DNA of 64,000 nucleotides from Lytechinus pictus (Eukaryota): NCBI RefSeq assembly GCF_037042905.1, contig NC_087252.1, positions 9,364,001 to 9,428,000 of the forward strand, read 5' to 3'. Shown piece by piece: positions 39,279 to 51,370 of this stretch (position 1 is its first letter; each line of letters starts with the position of its first letter). The notes under the pieces were generated by a model. It saw only the letters and a program-made list of their open reading frames with translations, ran no database searches and was not told where the DNA came from. The position numbers and the translations under genes were made by a program.

Positions 39279-40131
39279 ATATGAAGAGCTTAGTTGCAAA
39301 AGGGGTTAGGTCCATTTTCCATCGAATTTGAATTTGTTGTCTCATTGTATATATTATTGGTAGCTCTATAAGATGATGCCAAAGAAAAGTTGAAATTCCC
39401 ATTTAACAGGGGACAAAAATGGCAAAGAAAAATCACTTTTTTTACAAAAGGGGTTAGGTCCATTTAGTTTAGCTGGAAAAGGGGTTAGGTCCACAAAGAT
39501 TTTTTTTTGGAGAAGAATATTTAAGAAAAAGTATAAAGACAGGTAGATTTCTTATATACCCAATGTCATATCCACATGGTAGGGTATCATGAAAATTTAG
39601 TTTTGCATAAGAATATTGCAATATGGGGTATTAAAATATATTTTTTTTTTCTTCGAGTGGACCTAACCCCTTTTGCAACCAAACTCTTTTGAAGAGCTTA
39701 TTTGTCAAAAGGGGTTTGGTCAATTTTTCGGATTTTTGTTTTTGTTTTTTTGGGGTTTTTTTTGTGTCAAAACCTTTAGATTTTTAGTCTTTCTGATACC
39801 AAAGAAAATTTGAAATTCACATGAAAACGTGAATAAAAAGTGGCAACGAAAAATCACCTTTTTAATCAAAAGAGATTGGATTTATTTCAGTTTGTTTGCG
39901 GAAGGGGTTAGGTCTACATTAATTTTGGAAAAAAACACATAGAAAAAAGAATGAAGACAGGATTTCTTTTATACCCAATTTACCCAATATGTTCACGTGA
40001 TAGAGTAGTACATCATGACAATTTGGTTTCTTATAATAATATTGCAATTAGTGAGAATGAAAATAAAACATGATTTTTCTCGGAATTGTCCTTATTAGAC
40101 CTAACCCTTTTTGCAACCAAACTCTTCATAT
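39279..40131. mobile_element. Head-to-tail dimer of a MITE of about 410-440 bp
   Basis: TGAAGAGCTTAGTTGCAAAAGGGGTTAGGTCC ... GGACCTAACCCCTTTTGCAACCAAACTCTT occurs twice, with the junction near 39690. Confidence 0.8.
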
Positions 40132-40329
40132 ATAAATAAGTGATGCGAAACATCAATTCTCTAATATTTCGAGGTCGTTCACTTAAAGGTCAATGACCTC
40201 TACATGTCAGCAGAGGTCAAATCTGACTTACTTTCTACTTTCAAAATGAAGCTTATGGTATCATAAACAAGTTTAATGGTTTAATCATTAATGTAAGCCC
40301 TAGACTCAAAGTTCAATGAACTCATTAAA

Positions 40330-41956
40330 CGCCTTGACACCCAAGATGTGTCAACATTGGAACTCCACAACAGGATTAACAACACTGAAAGTCGCATAGC
40401 TTATCTACAAAATAAACAACAGAAATGTGAGGAAAGAAATAAATGGTTAGAAAAGTAAATTAATGATCAGTAGCAATATTCAAGGAGAATTTGTGTCCGT
40501 CTTCTCGTAGTACCTGAAAAGGAAAAGGAAAAAATTTCCAGTCAGAGAGTTTGTGAAATAGCACAGCAACAACTTGCTGTGGATCTTCATCTTCAGGATA
40601 TCGATAGGAGCCATCGTGTACCACATCGCACCGATCCCACATCTAATGAAAGAAGAGACGTCAAACCGAGAGCAATTACCATCAAGCAATAATTACATCA
40701 TATCAACATAGACAAAAGTTACTACTGAATAGAAGGAAACTAAAAGCACCAAAATGAGTCTGTATGAGAATTTGACAAAGACTAATGGTTCACTTCTATT
40801 GGGAGGCCATGAACGCCAGCAAAGTACAAGGATCGAACATCCTCGCAGCATGGTCTACCAATGGAAGAATAATTGTATCGGTGAAGACTAACAATGGTTC
40901 GATGAAGAGACAAGTAAATAGCAAACAGGATCTCCTTGCCATCGGTTGATATGTTTTTGACCCGTCTTCTGTTTAGACCTGTGTATTTAACTTTATCTTC
41001 TTAATCAGTTACATGTACACAACAAACACTGGACAGCCATTTTATTCTTAATGTAATATCATGCCTTAAATAGAATTTTTGAAGACATTCTTGTGTTATG
41101 TATGATTATCCTTTAACAACCATCATTTTATTATATCTAATAAAATTGCAAAAAAATGCTGGTATTCTTTTTAATCTAAGTAGCTTTTTGTCACAAAAAG
41201 AGTTGTTTATGATTTATAATAGTCTTACCTTACCTTATCTCCAATATTGCAATATTGTTTGGGCAAATACTTGAACAACAAAATTTGAACCCTTTTATAA
41301 ATGCAAAACGAAAATTCTAAGAATATGTACGAATTAATCTTTTAGGTCTCATTCACGACCTTTATTTATATTCACGACCTTTATATATAACATTCATAAA
41401 TTTCAGATTGCAACTGTGATGTTCCGAACAGTTAGCAACATAATCCCTTCTAACATCTCCCAAATGTTTGTCATAAATCGTTTAGTTCATTCGCGTAATA
41501 CTCGGTGAAGCAATAAATTTCATTATCCACAAGTTAACCCCCAAATTCTACTTAATTCATTAAGGCATCGTAGCCCTCGTATATGGAACAATCTTTCTGA
41601 TAATATCAAGTGTTCAACTACATTAACTTCATTTAAAGCCAAGTTACAAAAACGTGTATATAAGTGAATATTCAAAATATTTTTTTCTGCCTAATTCTAC
41701 ACTTTCTCCGACTCGTGCCCCAACTGTCCCCTGTCCCCATTTTATGTATGCTGGTGATTGCTGATGCTGTGTGAATATTTTTCATTTAATTTTCATATGT
41801 ATTTTACCTTGATTTTCTGAGAGCTACAACTCAACAGTTCTTATGAACATTTCAGCAGTTTTCCTTTTTTCTCTTTTACATGTAATTTTCACTCTTGAAA
41901 ATATTTTATATTGTTTTTTTATTTTGGTGAGAAAATAAATAAATTGAACTTGAACT
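40330..41956 (+). mobile_element. Internally deleted CR1-like LINE relic
   Basis: ORF1-like remnants DLHLQDIDRSHRV, LLNRRKLK, SLYENLTK, AWSTNGRI; ORF2 C-terminal remnant (SIRHRSPRIWNNLSDNIKCS-like) near 41550-41650; AATAAA plus TTGAAC repeat tail. Confidence 0.75.
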
Positions 41957-42282
41957 AATTTTTTAAAAAGCTATGGTCACAAAAGTCTTGGTACTACTAC
42001 CAATAAACATTTAAAATTCTCATAATGGCAGCCGTTTTGCATTTATGCAAATTCGACGTCTTTCCACCAGAAGGATTTCTCTGGACTATTAGTATGTCAT
42101 TTTCGGGACTTCAGGGAAATGAACTGCGGTGAAAATGATATTATGTAGCAATTTTGACCCCCCCCCCCCCCCTTCCCAGTGGATATTTTTGCTCGACTAT
42201 TGTAGTGGTAGAGGCAGTAGTAAAAGTAGTGGTAATATAATCATTACTTTTTATTTCTATGTTTTAGATTCAAACGCAAAAT

Positions 42283-43272
42283 ATGGCTGTTTCCAAGTAC
42301 CAAGGAGAGGCAGAAAAAGGTCTTAGAAGCTTAGAACAGAACCTGATAGAGATACCCAAGGACATGGTGCTTTTCTCACTCTCCTTGCGTTCTCTCTATG
42401 CTGAAAACGCAGTTGGAGGTAACGACGAAACTACTGAAGAGTTTCGAAAACTCAGGGATCTCACGCGAGACGACGCAATGGTGTACCTCCATGACGTCCT
42501 TCCAGTTGCGACCAGTTTCATATCTACCCTCAACGATTTTTTCGAGATATACAAGGCCCTTACTTATGAGCAGTGGTGTGAAATGTTTCAAGACATTCAA
42601 CATGATGTAATCTCCTATAAAAGTCTCGCTCAAATCATTGTCACAATGCACGAAGATCTGTTGGTAGAACTGAAGAAAAGGCAAGACGAGGCAACAGTCA
42701 TCGTTAAGAAGGTGAAGGGTCTACAAGAAGAATACGAGAAGGAAAAGGAAAGGCTTGAAAAAAAGGCGGATGTGGAGATGAAATGTGGCATAGGACTCGC
42801 CTTCGTCCCATGGGTTGGCCCCTTCATATGTGCAGCATTAGAAATAGCATCAGCAGTAGACCTAGCAGCAGCAATTGCAAAGGCAGAAGAGGGTATAAAC
42901 CACAAACACGCTGCTATGGCAGTAAGTACGGTACTTATTCCTGCTCTGGGGAACTTCATCGACGGTCTCCAAGATATTGCTGCGTTTTTCTCAGTCACGG
43001 AAGTCCAGCTCAAGTCACTTGAGAGAGATTTAGACGACAACAAGAAAATACACTTCCTTCTTTTTCAAAGTAAATCAAAAGAGATACAAGACCAATGCAA
43101 GAAGTACTTCGCGGTCCTACCTTCAGTACGCTCCGATCTTAAAGCGATCCCCACAGAAGGAACCGACATGTCATACGTAGATAAGTGGCTTGAAGAACAA
43201 AAGAAAGCAATTAAAGAGAAGTATGGTAGTGATTTGGTTGAGATGTTAGTAAAAGCCATCACTGAGAATTAA
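42283..43272 (+). CDS. 329-aa helical protein, putative ClyA/HBL/NHE-like pore-forming protein
   Basis: Intact ORF preceded by a polypyrimidine tract and AG acceptor (42266-42267). A charged coiled coil leads into a central hydrophobic segment GIGLAFVPWVGPFICAALEIASAVDLAAAIA. No signal peptide. The ORF is well supported; the family call is by eye. Confidence 0.8.
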   Translation: MAVSKYQGEAEKGLRSLEQNLIEIPKDMVLFSLSLRSLYAENAVGGNDETTEEFRKLRDLTRDDAMVYLHDVLPVATSFISTLNDFFEIYKALTYEQWCEMFQDIQHDVISYKSLAQIIVTMHEDLLVELKKRQDEATVIVKKVKGLQEEYEKEKERLEKKADVEMKCGIGLAFVPWVGPFICAALEIASAVDLAAAIAKAEEGINHKHAAMAVSTVLIPALGNFIDGLQDIAAFFSVTEVQLKSLERDLDDNKKIHFLLFQSKSKEIQDQCKKYFAVLPSVRSDLKAIPTEGTDMSYVDKWLEEQKKAIKEKYGSDLVEMLVKAITEN

Positions 43273-43773
43273 TCCTGAATCATGCAGCTTATCTCTGTCA
43301 TGTCATTGAGGAAACAGAACCTCAACGTTCGTGTTTATAAGTAAAATCCTCATCCCAATACGTGATTTTACTTGGGATTTCACGTGTAAGCTATTCATTC
43401 CAAACGAAAAAACAAACGTAAATTTTATCAGTACAAGGATTTTAATTTGACTCATCTGAACAGCTACCTTTATGAAAAATAGTGGGTCTCTCACTGTATC
43501 TGGCAATGGCATTATTCAAACTATTAAAATCTGTGATATCTAGATTAGTGAAATTCGTGTCAGGCTTTCTGTATTGAAAGGGTGTAATTTTTCGGTGAAC
43601 TTATTTGAACTGCCTTTCGATATCTTTATTGGTTAATCTGATTTCTAGAAACAAAATCGTTCAATATTTGAAATTCTGCTTCTTGACAACAGAATTTAGC
43701 ATGCCTCTACATTAACTGGGAGTTTGTCATATATACCTTAATTCGCGTGGACATCACTAGCGTACTACTTATA

Positions 43774-46700
43774 CGGTTACACTTCGTAATTCCGAAGCTT
43801 CGTAATTCCGAAGGTTCTTTATTCCGAAGGTTCGTAATTCCGAAACACGTAAATTGCCTATACCTCGATGTTCGTTAATCCGAAAACGAAAAAGGGTTCG
43901 TTAATCCGAACATTTGTGGCGTTATTCCGACGGTTCGTTAATCCGAAGGTTCGATAATCCGAAAACGAAATAAGGTTCGTTGTTCCGAAGGTTCGTTAAT
44001 CCGAAAACGAAATAAGGTTCGTTGTTCCGAAGGTTCGTTAATCCAAAAACGAAATAAGATTCGTTGTTCCGAAGGTTCGTTAATCCGAAAACGAAATAAG
44101 GTTCGTTAATCCGAAAAAAGAAAACTGGGAAACCGGAGGCAGAGGCAAGGGGGGGCGGGGGACACTGTTGCCGTTCAAATGTTATGAGGATGGGAAGGCA
44201 AGGGCGGCCGAACGAATTTTCGTTCGGGGGGTAAAGCCAAAAAATTAAACCCATACGTCAAAATGGACACTTTGGTGATATTTTCACCTTAAGATTATCA
44301 TCTGCTTGAAGTCATTGTGTGTTTGATAGTGATTAAGTAGAGAAAAACTTTTTTGAAGTGACTTCTTATGGCAGAATGTATATTTAGGCTTTATTTTTCG
44401 GGAGAGAGTATAATGAGCGAGCGGCTTGGTAAAAAAAAAATAAAGGTGAAGTTGTAAAACTCGTTTAGGGGTCAAATATTCTTAAAATGGCATTATTGCG
44501 AGGTGTTGCGAGCGTAAATCACAAGTTAAAACTTAAGGGTATTTCAATAAACAATGAAAATAAGTTTATAAAAATCCGAGCAAATTGCTGCTGTCATTAA
44601 AAAAATTAACACGCGCGCAAAACGCGAGCTTAAACATACTGACCAGAAAAGGAACCTGTTAAAGAAAGCATTTAGTGACCTCTTTCGGATACATATTTCT
44701 CCAATCGAATAATTGAGAGTGCGAAGCGCAAGCTGAAAATTTGCAATATTCCAGCCTGAAAACTTAACTTGTATACTTTAAAAAGAGTATTTTATTTCGA
44801 AAAACATGAAAAACAGCATATTTATTTTTGAAAAAGGAACTTTCCCATTTTGGAAAAATATGCATTTCCCTGTTTTTTATTTCATTTTGGGGGTGCAAGT
44901 GCCTTCTGCCTCCTTCCCAGCGGATCCAACTTTTGTCAAATAGGGGGGGGGGGCAAATTTTTTTCAGCCATATTTTCCTCGATCGGCAGCTTAAAGTTGA
45001 TTTTTTTTTTTTTTTTTTTTTTTTGAAAGGGTAGTCCTAACAGTCAATAATTAGCTTTATACTTATAAAATAAAGTAAATATGTAATAACATGATAAACC
45101 CTTTTTAAATAATGCGAGCGCGAGCTATATATTTTTTTTATATGATGGGCAATATGTTTGTGATCTTCAAAACGAGATGCCTATGTAACTAGATAATAAC
45201 TGCTAGCAAGAAGCGCGAACAGAAATTTTGAATATAAGCTCTGACCTGATCTAAAGGGGACATTTTTAGAACTTGTTGCAGTTAGCCATGAAGACGATGC
45301 GTGTTTTCCTCTTTTTTTGGGGGGGGGGGCATAGCCAAAAAAGGGGCCAATAGAGGCATTTTGGTGCAAACGGATATTTTTGCCATAAGATTATCATCTG
45401 TGTAAAGAGGTTGTGTGTTTTGTAGTAATTAAGTTGAGCAAAATTTTTTAAGTGATCTCTGATTGATAAGTTATATATTTACGTTTCATTTCTGCAAGTG
45501 TAGCTAGCAAGCGGTTTGGGGGTAAAAATCAAATCTGAAGATGTAAAATTCACCTTTTTGGTCAATTACTGTTAAAAGGGCATCCTTGTGAGATGTTGCG
45601 AGCGGATCACGTGCTCAAACTTTTGGAAATTTCGTGTAGGCCTAAAATGATAATAATGATATGGATATCCAGGGAAGCCGCTTCAGTTCTAAAAACTGTT
45701 CTCCCAGCTATTATTATTATCCCGGCTTTAGCTGGGCTGTCTAGGCGCCCAAAGGAAGGCATTAACGAATTTCTACCGGGTACCCATTCACCTCACATGG
45801 GTTGAGTGCAGCACAGTGTGAATAAATTTCTTGCTGAAGGAAATAATGCCATGACTTGGATTCGAACATACGACCCTCTGCCTTAAAGTCAGAAGACTTA
45901 TCCACTGGGCCAAAACTCCCCACATAAAAAGTAAACGTTCCGATTTTATTTCGTAATCATGAAAAAAGGATGTGAATTTAACTAAAGAATCAAACGCGAG
46001 CACGAAGTGCGAGCTGAGATTTTTCATATACTGACCAGGAGAGGAACCTTTTGCATTTGGTGATTCATGAATGGGATATGTGCTAGGCCTACATATCTCA
46101 CCAATCGATTAATTCAAGCGCGAAGCTCGAGCTGAAAATTTGTGATATTCTATCTATGAAACTGGACATTCTAGGAATTTTATTTCACCAGGATCAGAAT
46201 GACTACCTTAATGAGCAATAATTAGTGCGAGCGCAAAACGCGAACCAAAAATGTGTGATATTCCAACCTTAAAAGTGGACATTCTATGCATGTTTTGTTA
46301 CCAAGAACTGGACGAATACCTTATACCAAAAACTGATGAGAAGCGAGCTTCTTTTTTAAAATTCTGGTAAAAACTGAAAACTAAGGTTAGTATGATTTCC
46401 GCCATGGAATTTAGCACAGGGCAAAAACTCCGGTAAAAACAATCTGAGTTTTCTCAGGTAAAAAACTTTATGCAACGGGCCCCAGGTCAGTATATAAACC
46501 AATTACAGCTCGCGCTTCGCGCTCGCGTTAATTCTTTAGTAAGATAAAAATCTTCCTCACGATAAAAAAAATGCTCAGAATGTTTAAGTTCAAGTTTTGT
46601 TAAATGAAATGTCTACTAGTTTGAGCTTGCGATTCGCGCTTTCAAATCTCACAAGGATCATTATTAGTATTATTTTTTATTTTTATTACCAGCAGAAGCT

Positions 46701-47246
46701 GTTATTAAAAATGACATCCCCTCCAATACAAATCCTATTATCTGGAGGTTACTCGCACGCGACCAACAAACTTAATCCCCTGCATCCTTAAACCATTTGC
46801 TAAAGGCAGCAATTGCTCAGATAAAATCGAAATTAGCCTATGCTTGATCCGGGCGCCTATTCTTAATGAAATACAAGCTTTGGGCCACAACACACGCATG
46901 CATCATCGATCGTTATTACTATCATTGCATAATATCGTGTTATCTTGTAATGACAAAACCGTGTTTGTTACCAAAATGAATAATTTTCATTTTCGGAAAT
47001 ACGAACCTTATTTAATTTTCGGATTAAGGAACCTTATTTCGTTTTCGGATTAACGAACCTTCGGAATTACGAACCTTATTTCGTTTTCGGATTGACGAAC
47101 CTTCGGAATTACGAACCTTATTTCGTTTTCGGATTAACAAACCTCCGGAATTACGAACCTTCGGAATTATGAACCTTCGGAAATACAAACCTTCGGAATA
47201 ACCGAACCTTCGGAATTACGAAGCTTCGGAATTACGAATGTATGCG
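43774..47246 (+). mobile_element. Complete foldback-type DNA element, about 3.5 kb
   Basis: Inverted minisatellite arrays at 43774-44115 and 46990-47246; flanking direct repeat ACTTATAC at 43767 and 47247. Confidence 0.85.
45645..45925 (-). mobile_element. tRNA-derived SINE with CORE-like body
   Basis: A box TGGCCCAGTGG (45902-45912), B box GTTCGAATCC (45858-45867), body CCTTCAGCAAG...GAATGGGTACC, AT-rich tail. Confidence 0.8.
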
Positions 47247-50200
47247 ACTTATACTGTAGGTAATATTATAATAATCATAATAAAATTACATTTCTATATA
47301 GCGCATAATACACGAAGTCTCTATGCGCTTCACATATACATTGCCTGTATAATTTATTTGATGTCTTAGGCACTTTAAAGTTCAAGCTGCTGCATTGCCT
47401 CTGACATGATTATTTAGAGATTCATGGTAACTTGATTTATTCAGTGGATACGTAAGTACTTGTATAATTCATAATGAAAATAAGGTTTGTGTACATATTC
47501 CCACCTTTCATTGTTAATGGCTTTGTTTTGCATGTGTCTTTATGATTTCATATATGAATGATAGACATATTTTAGTAAAGATTACTATGAATTTAGTTTA
47601 CATTTGGAATAAGAAATACTGAATATCCTACTCCTTTTTATGCTAATTCATGTTATTGAGAATTGTTGATTTGGAACAGTTATGTTAATGAATGTCTTGT
47701 ATTTAAAAAGAAGACAAGCATTTTTAGATTATAGTTGACTTTTAGTGTGATTGATGTAAGGGTTATTTCATTAACTTGGTAAAAATTGCATTACTGTTTT
47801 AAAAAATTAAAGTTGCTATGATGATTTTCATAGAGACTTCTGCTTATAGCTCCGATTATTTTCCTGTTTTATGTTATTGTTTTCTTTGTTTTTACGTCAG
47901 AATGCCAGGGGGAAAACTTCATGTAAGTTATAGATGTTCTCACATTACAATGAAAATGTGTTATACCGTGTGAGTAATAAAACAACTTGACACCTCAGAA
48001 ATCCCTATTAAAGGGGGGGATACACCATGGGCACGTTATCATTGTATTTGGCTGGAAAGGGTATCTTCTTCCAATTCTCCTAAATAATTTGATACCATAT
48101 TTATGTGGTACGTCTTCGCGCTTGGATAATCAGTAGGTATATTTTCCATTAACATAAAGTTTGGTTTGGGCCAAAGTAAGGCATAACTGCAGCAATGAAT
48201 GATTCCAGATGTCAATGACGTCATAAATCCTACATGATTTGGTAAACATATTTTGCAAATCCTTTTTCAATGACATTAACCTGGGAATTGATACTACAAA
48301 GTGTTTGTTAAGCAATTATAAAGTAGATAATGAAAACGTGCTTTGAAATGGATTTTATTAATGCAATCCTTGCAGGATTATGATGTCATTGACATATGTA
48401 TTCATTATTGCAGTCATTTCTTACTTTGGCACAAATCAAAATTTGCATTACTGCAAAAAATACATGGTGATCATCCTTGCGTTAGCAATATACCACGTAA
48501 ACATGGTATCAAATTGTTTGAAAGCATGTTCTTAAAGGCCATATAATTATATAGATTATGTGTTCATGACATGTTTGTCCTTAAATTGGCGAATTGTGAG
48601 ATGTCAAGTTCTTTTTACACGGTATAAAAAATCAATTTCTTGTGAGGACTTTTAATTTCGGAATTAACATCAAATTAAAGATTACATGAGAATAGTCATT
48701 TTTATAATTATGTGAATATTACATGCTTTTTTGTTCGCTTTCTGTTGCAATTTAATATTGTCATAATGATTTTAATGAGGTTAAGGGATTTTGCTTATTC
48801 ATGCTTATGGTACTATTTACGGAGAAGTGGAAACATGAATATAACTGTACGTTACTGATTAATGTTTTGCATGTTTTACTTGATACTTAAGTTAAATCAA
48901 AGTATTGGATTTCATGTTTTAAAGTAAATAACATTTCTTGATTCCTCCGATTCCATATTATGTATTGTTATATTTTGGGGTAGTTGGAACTTACCCGAAT
49001 TAATGTTCATGGGAGAAGGGGAGCATATTACATTAAAACTTCGGTGATTGCAAATATTTTGTAGATTCTCATACTTTGTAATGTCTGAGTTCGATTCAAA
49101 GTTGATAATCATGTTTGATAGGGATTAACGACAGGGGCCGCGGAAACGGGGGGGGGGCATTGTGGGATTCAGCCCCCCCCCCCGTGCTACTCTTTTCCGA
49201 AACCGTGTGCGAAAAACGTAAAAATTGACATCTGATTGATTTTTTTTGCATTGTCAGCACCCCCCCCCTCCCCCCCCCCCCCCCCCACTCTCAAAACCGT
49301 TCTGCGGCCCGTTTCATAACTGTTTCACCAAACTTTTGAAGCAGCACTTAAAGGAATAACAAACATAAAACTCCATCGTATTTCATGCGATTCATGGAAA
49401 CACGTAAAGCAATAATTTTGCGATGGCGTTGAATTGTGTGTGTAGGTGTGGTTGTGTGTGTTGTTTAATGTGTATGTATATGTGTATGATGGATGGGTAT
49501 GCTGCATTGAATCTTGGTGGAATGAATTGCGATACAGGTTATAGTGAACATAAGCAGACCATGGTACCTTCAAATCTAAGATGGCGTCGAAAATGGCTGC
49601 CAAAGCATAAAATTCCACAATTCATCTATTATTTACTTTAATGTCTTAAATTGTGTTTCTATCCAATGGTTTCAGGGTCAGGTAGTAAATTGGAAGGAGT
49701 TACAAGGGCAGTCAGTGGTCAAGTATGTGCAAAGATCCAAGATCACTTTTAAAAATGGAGTCTAAACTATAAAATCCAAGATGGCTTCTAAAATGGCGTT
49801 TAACTCTCATCGCTTAAAAATAGTCATACTCAAAATATACCAGTGAGAAATTTTGTTTCTGCACTATGGTTTGAAATGTCAAATATATAATATGGACAAG
49901 TAACATTCAGTTTTTCATTATACAGTGTATATGTTCAATTTGGTTCTGCTGTTTCCTACTTTTAAATCCATACGAATACTTTTCCCAAATGTATTTAAGC
50001 ACAGACACCACATATATTCCTCACAGGTGGATATTGTATGAATTATCACAATTTTTAAGTGATTGCACACGCCACCTTGAAAGCCATCTCGGATATTTAG
50101 GCAAAACGGACTACTGCATGCATATATAAATGTTAACAATCCCAAAATATTATTTGACCCTTTAGAAACCTAATCATCTCAGGCAGATATTAAATAAACT

Positions 50201-50694
50201 ATGTCCATTTGTAAGTAATAGCAGCCATTTAGCACTCCATTTTTGGAGCCATCTCTAAAAATCTAGACATAAACTGGCCCATTGACTTTCACTTATGTAT
50301 TACTCGGCCCTTGAAACCTTAGTGTAGACACACGAATCACATCTCTAAAGGCAAATATAGGAAATGAACTACGTCTGTTTTAAGTCTCAGCAGTCAGTTT
50401 ATAAAACATTATTTATAAGTTATCTTGCTACCATAAATTTTCTTTCTGAATCCTATTTTGGTCTAATGCTCTTGGGCTGCTTGTATTCTATGGCGATTCT
50501 AAATAATGTACTTTGACATGAAGTCTCCCATTAATGTAGAATCTATGGTTTCTAACGTGTATGACCATTTTTCAGCAGTGTTCTTTTTTCCTTTGGAATT
50601 GATGGACCACCATTTAGTAGTTTGTAAACTACATGTCGTCTAGTTCTTTCACCCCGCCTCTGAATCCCGTATGTCATCATCTGTAAACAAACAT

Positions 50695-51370
50695 TGATAA
50701 TAATGACACTAATTAATACTAACACTAACACTAATTCTGATGATGATGAAGCTGATGATGATGATTGTAATAATGATGAAATAATAATAATAACGATAAT
50801 GGTAATACTAATAATGTAGTGATAATGATAACAACGAAAACAATAACAAAAATAAATGATAATAATAATAATAATAATATAAGAAAATCAGTACTTTATC
50901 CTGTTGTGTTGACAAAAAGTGGTGAGAATGTCCAGTGTTCATTTTGGGATTTCAAAGAATTTCTGCTCGCGCTTCACATCAATTTCATAGTTAGAAACCA
51001 TCATGTTTATTGTAACAACAGTTAGTTTTTTTACGTTAGAATAAAAAATAAAAAAAAATTAGCCCGCCTCAATTTGTTGCCTAAGATATGTCTTTTTCTG
51101 TGTTACAAAAGTATAAATATTTCAAATGCTTCCTTTTAAGGTCAGCATATGATAAAGTTGATTGATGAAAAAAAGTGCTAAAAGAATATTCCGTTACTTT
51201 GCATTCAATTTATCAGACATGGGATATTGCATAATAATAATGATAATAACAACAACAATAGTGATAGAAACAATGATAATACTGCTACTAAGACTAATAA
51301 TAATGGTAATAATGATAATGATAGTAATGATAATAATAATGATAATAGTAATGATACAAGAATGATGATA
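50695..51370. repeat. Degenerate (TAA/TGA)n microsatellites
   Basis: Tracts at about 50695-50880 and 51230-51370. Confidence 0.9.

Noticed and set aside
45850..45925. tRNA gene
   Set aside because: A and B boxes are present but there is no good acceptor stem, and the sequence continues into a SINE body.
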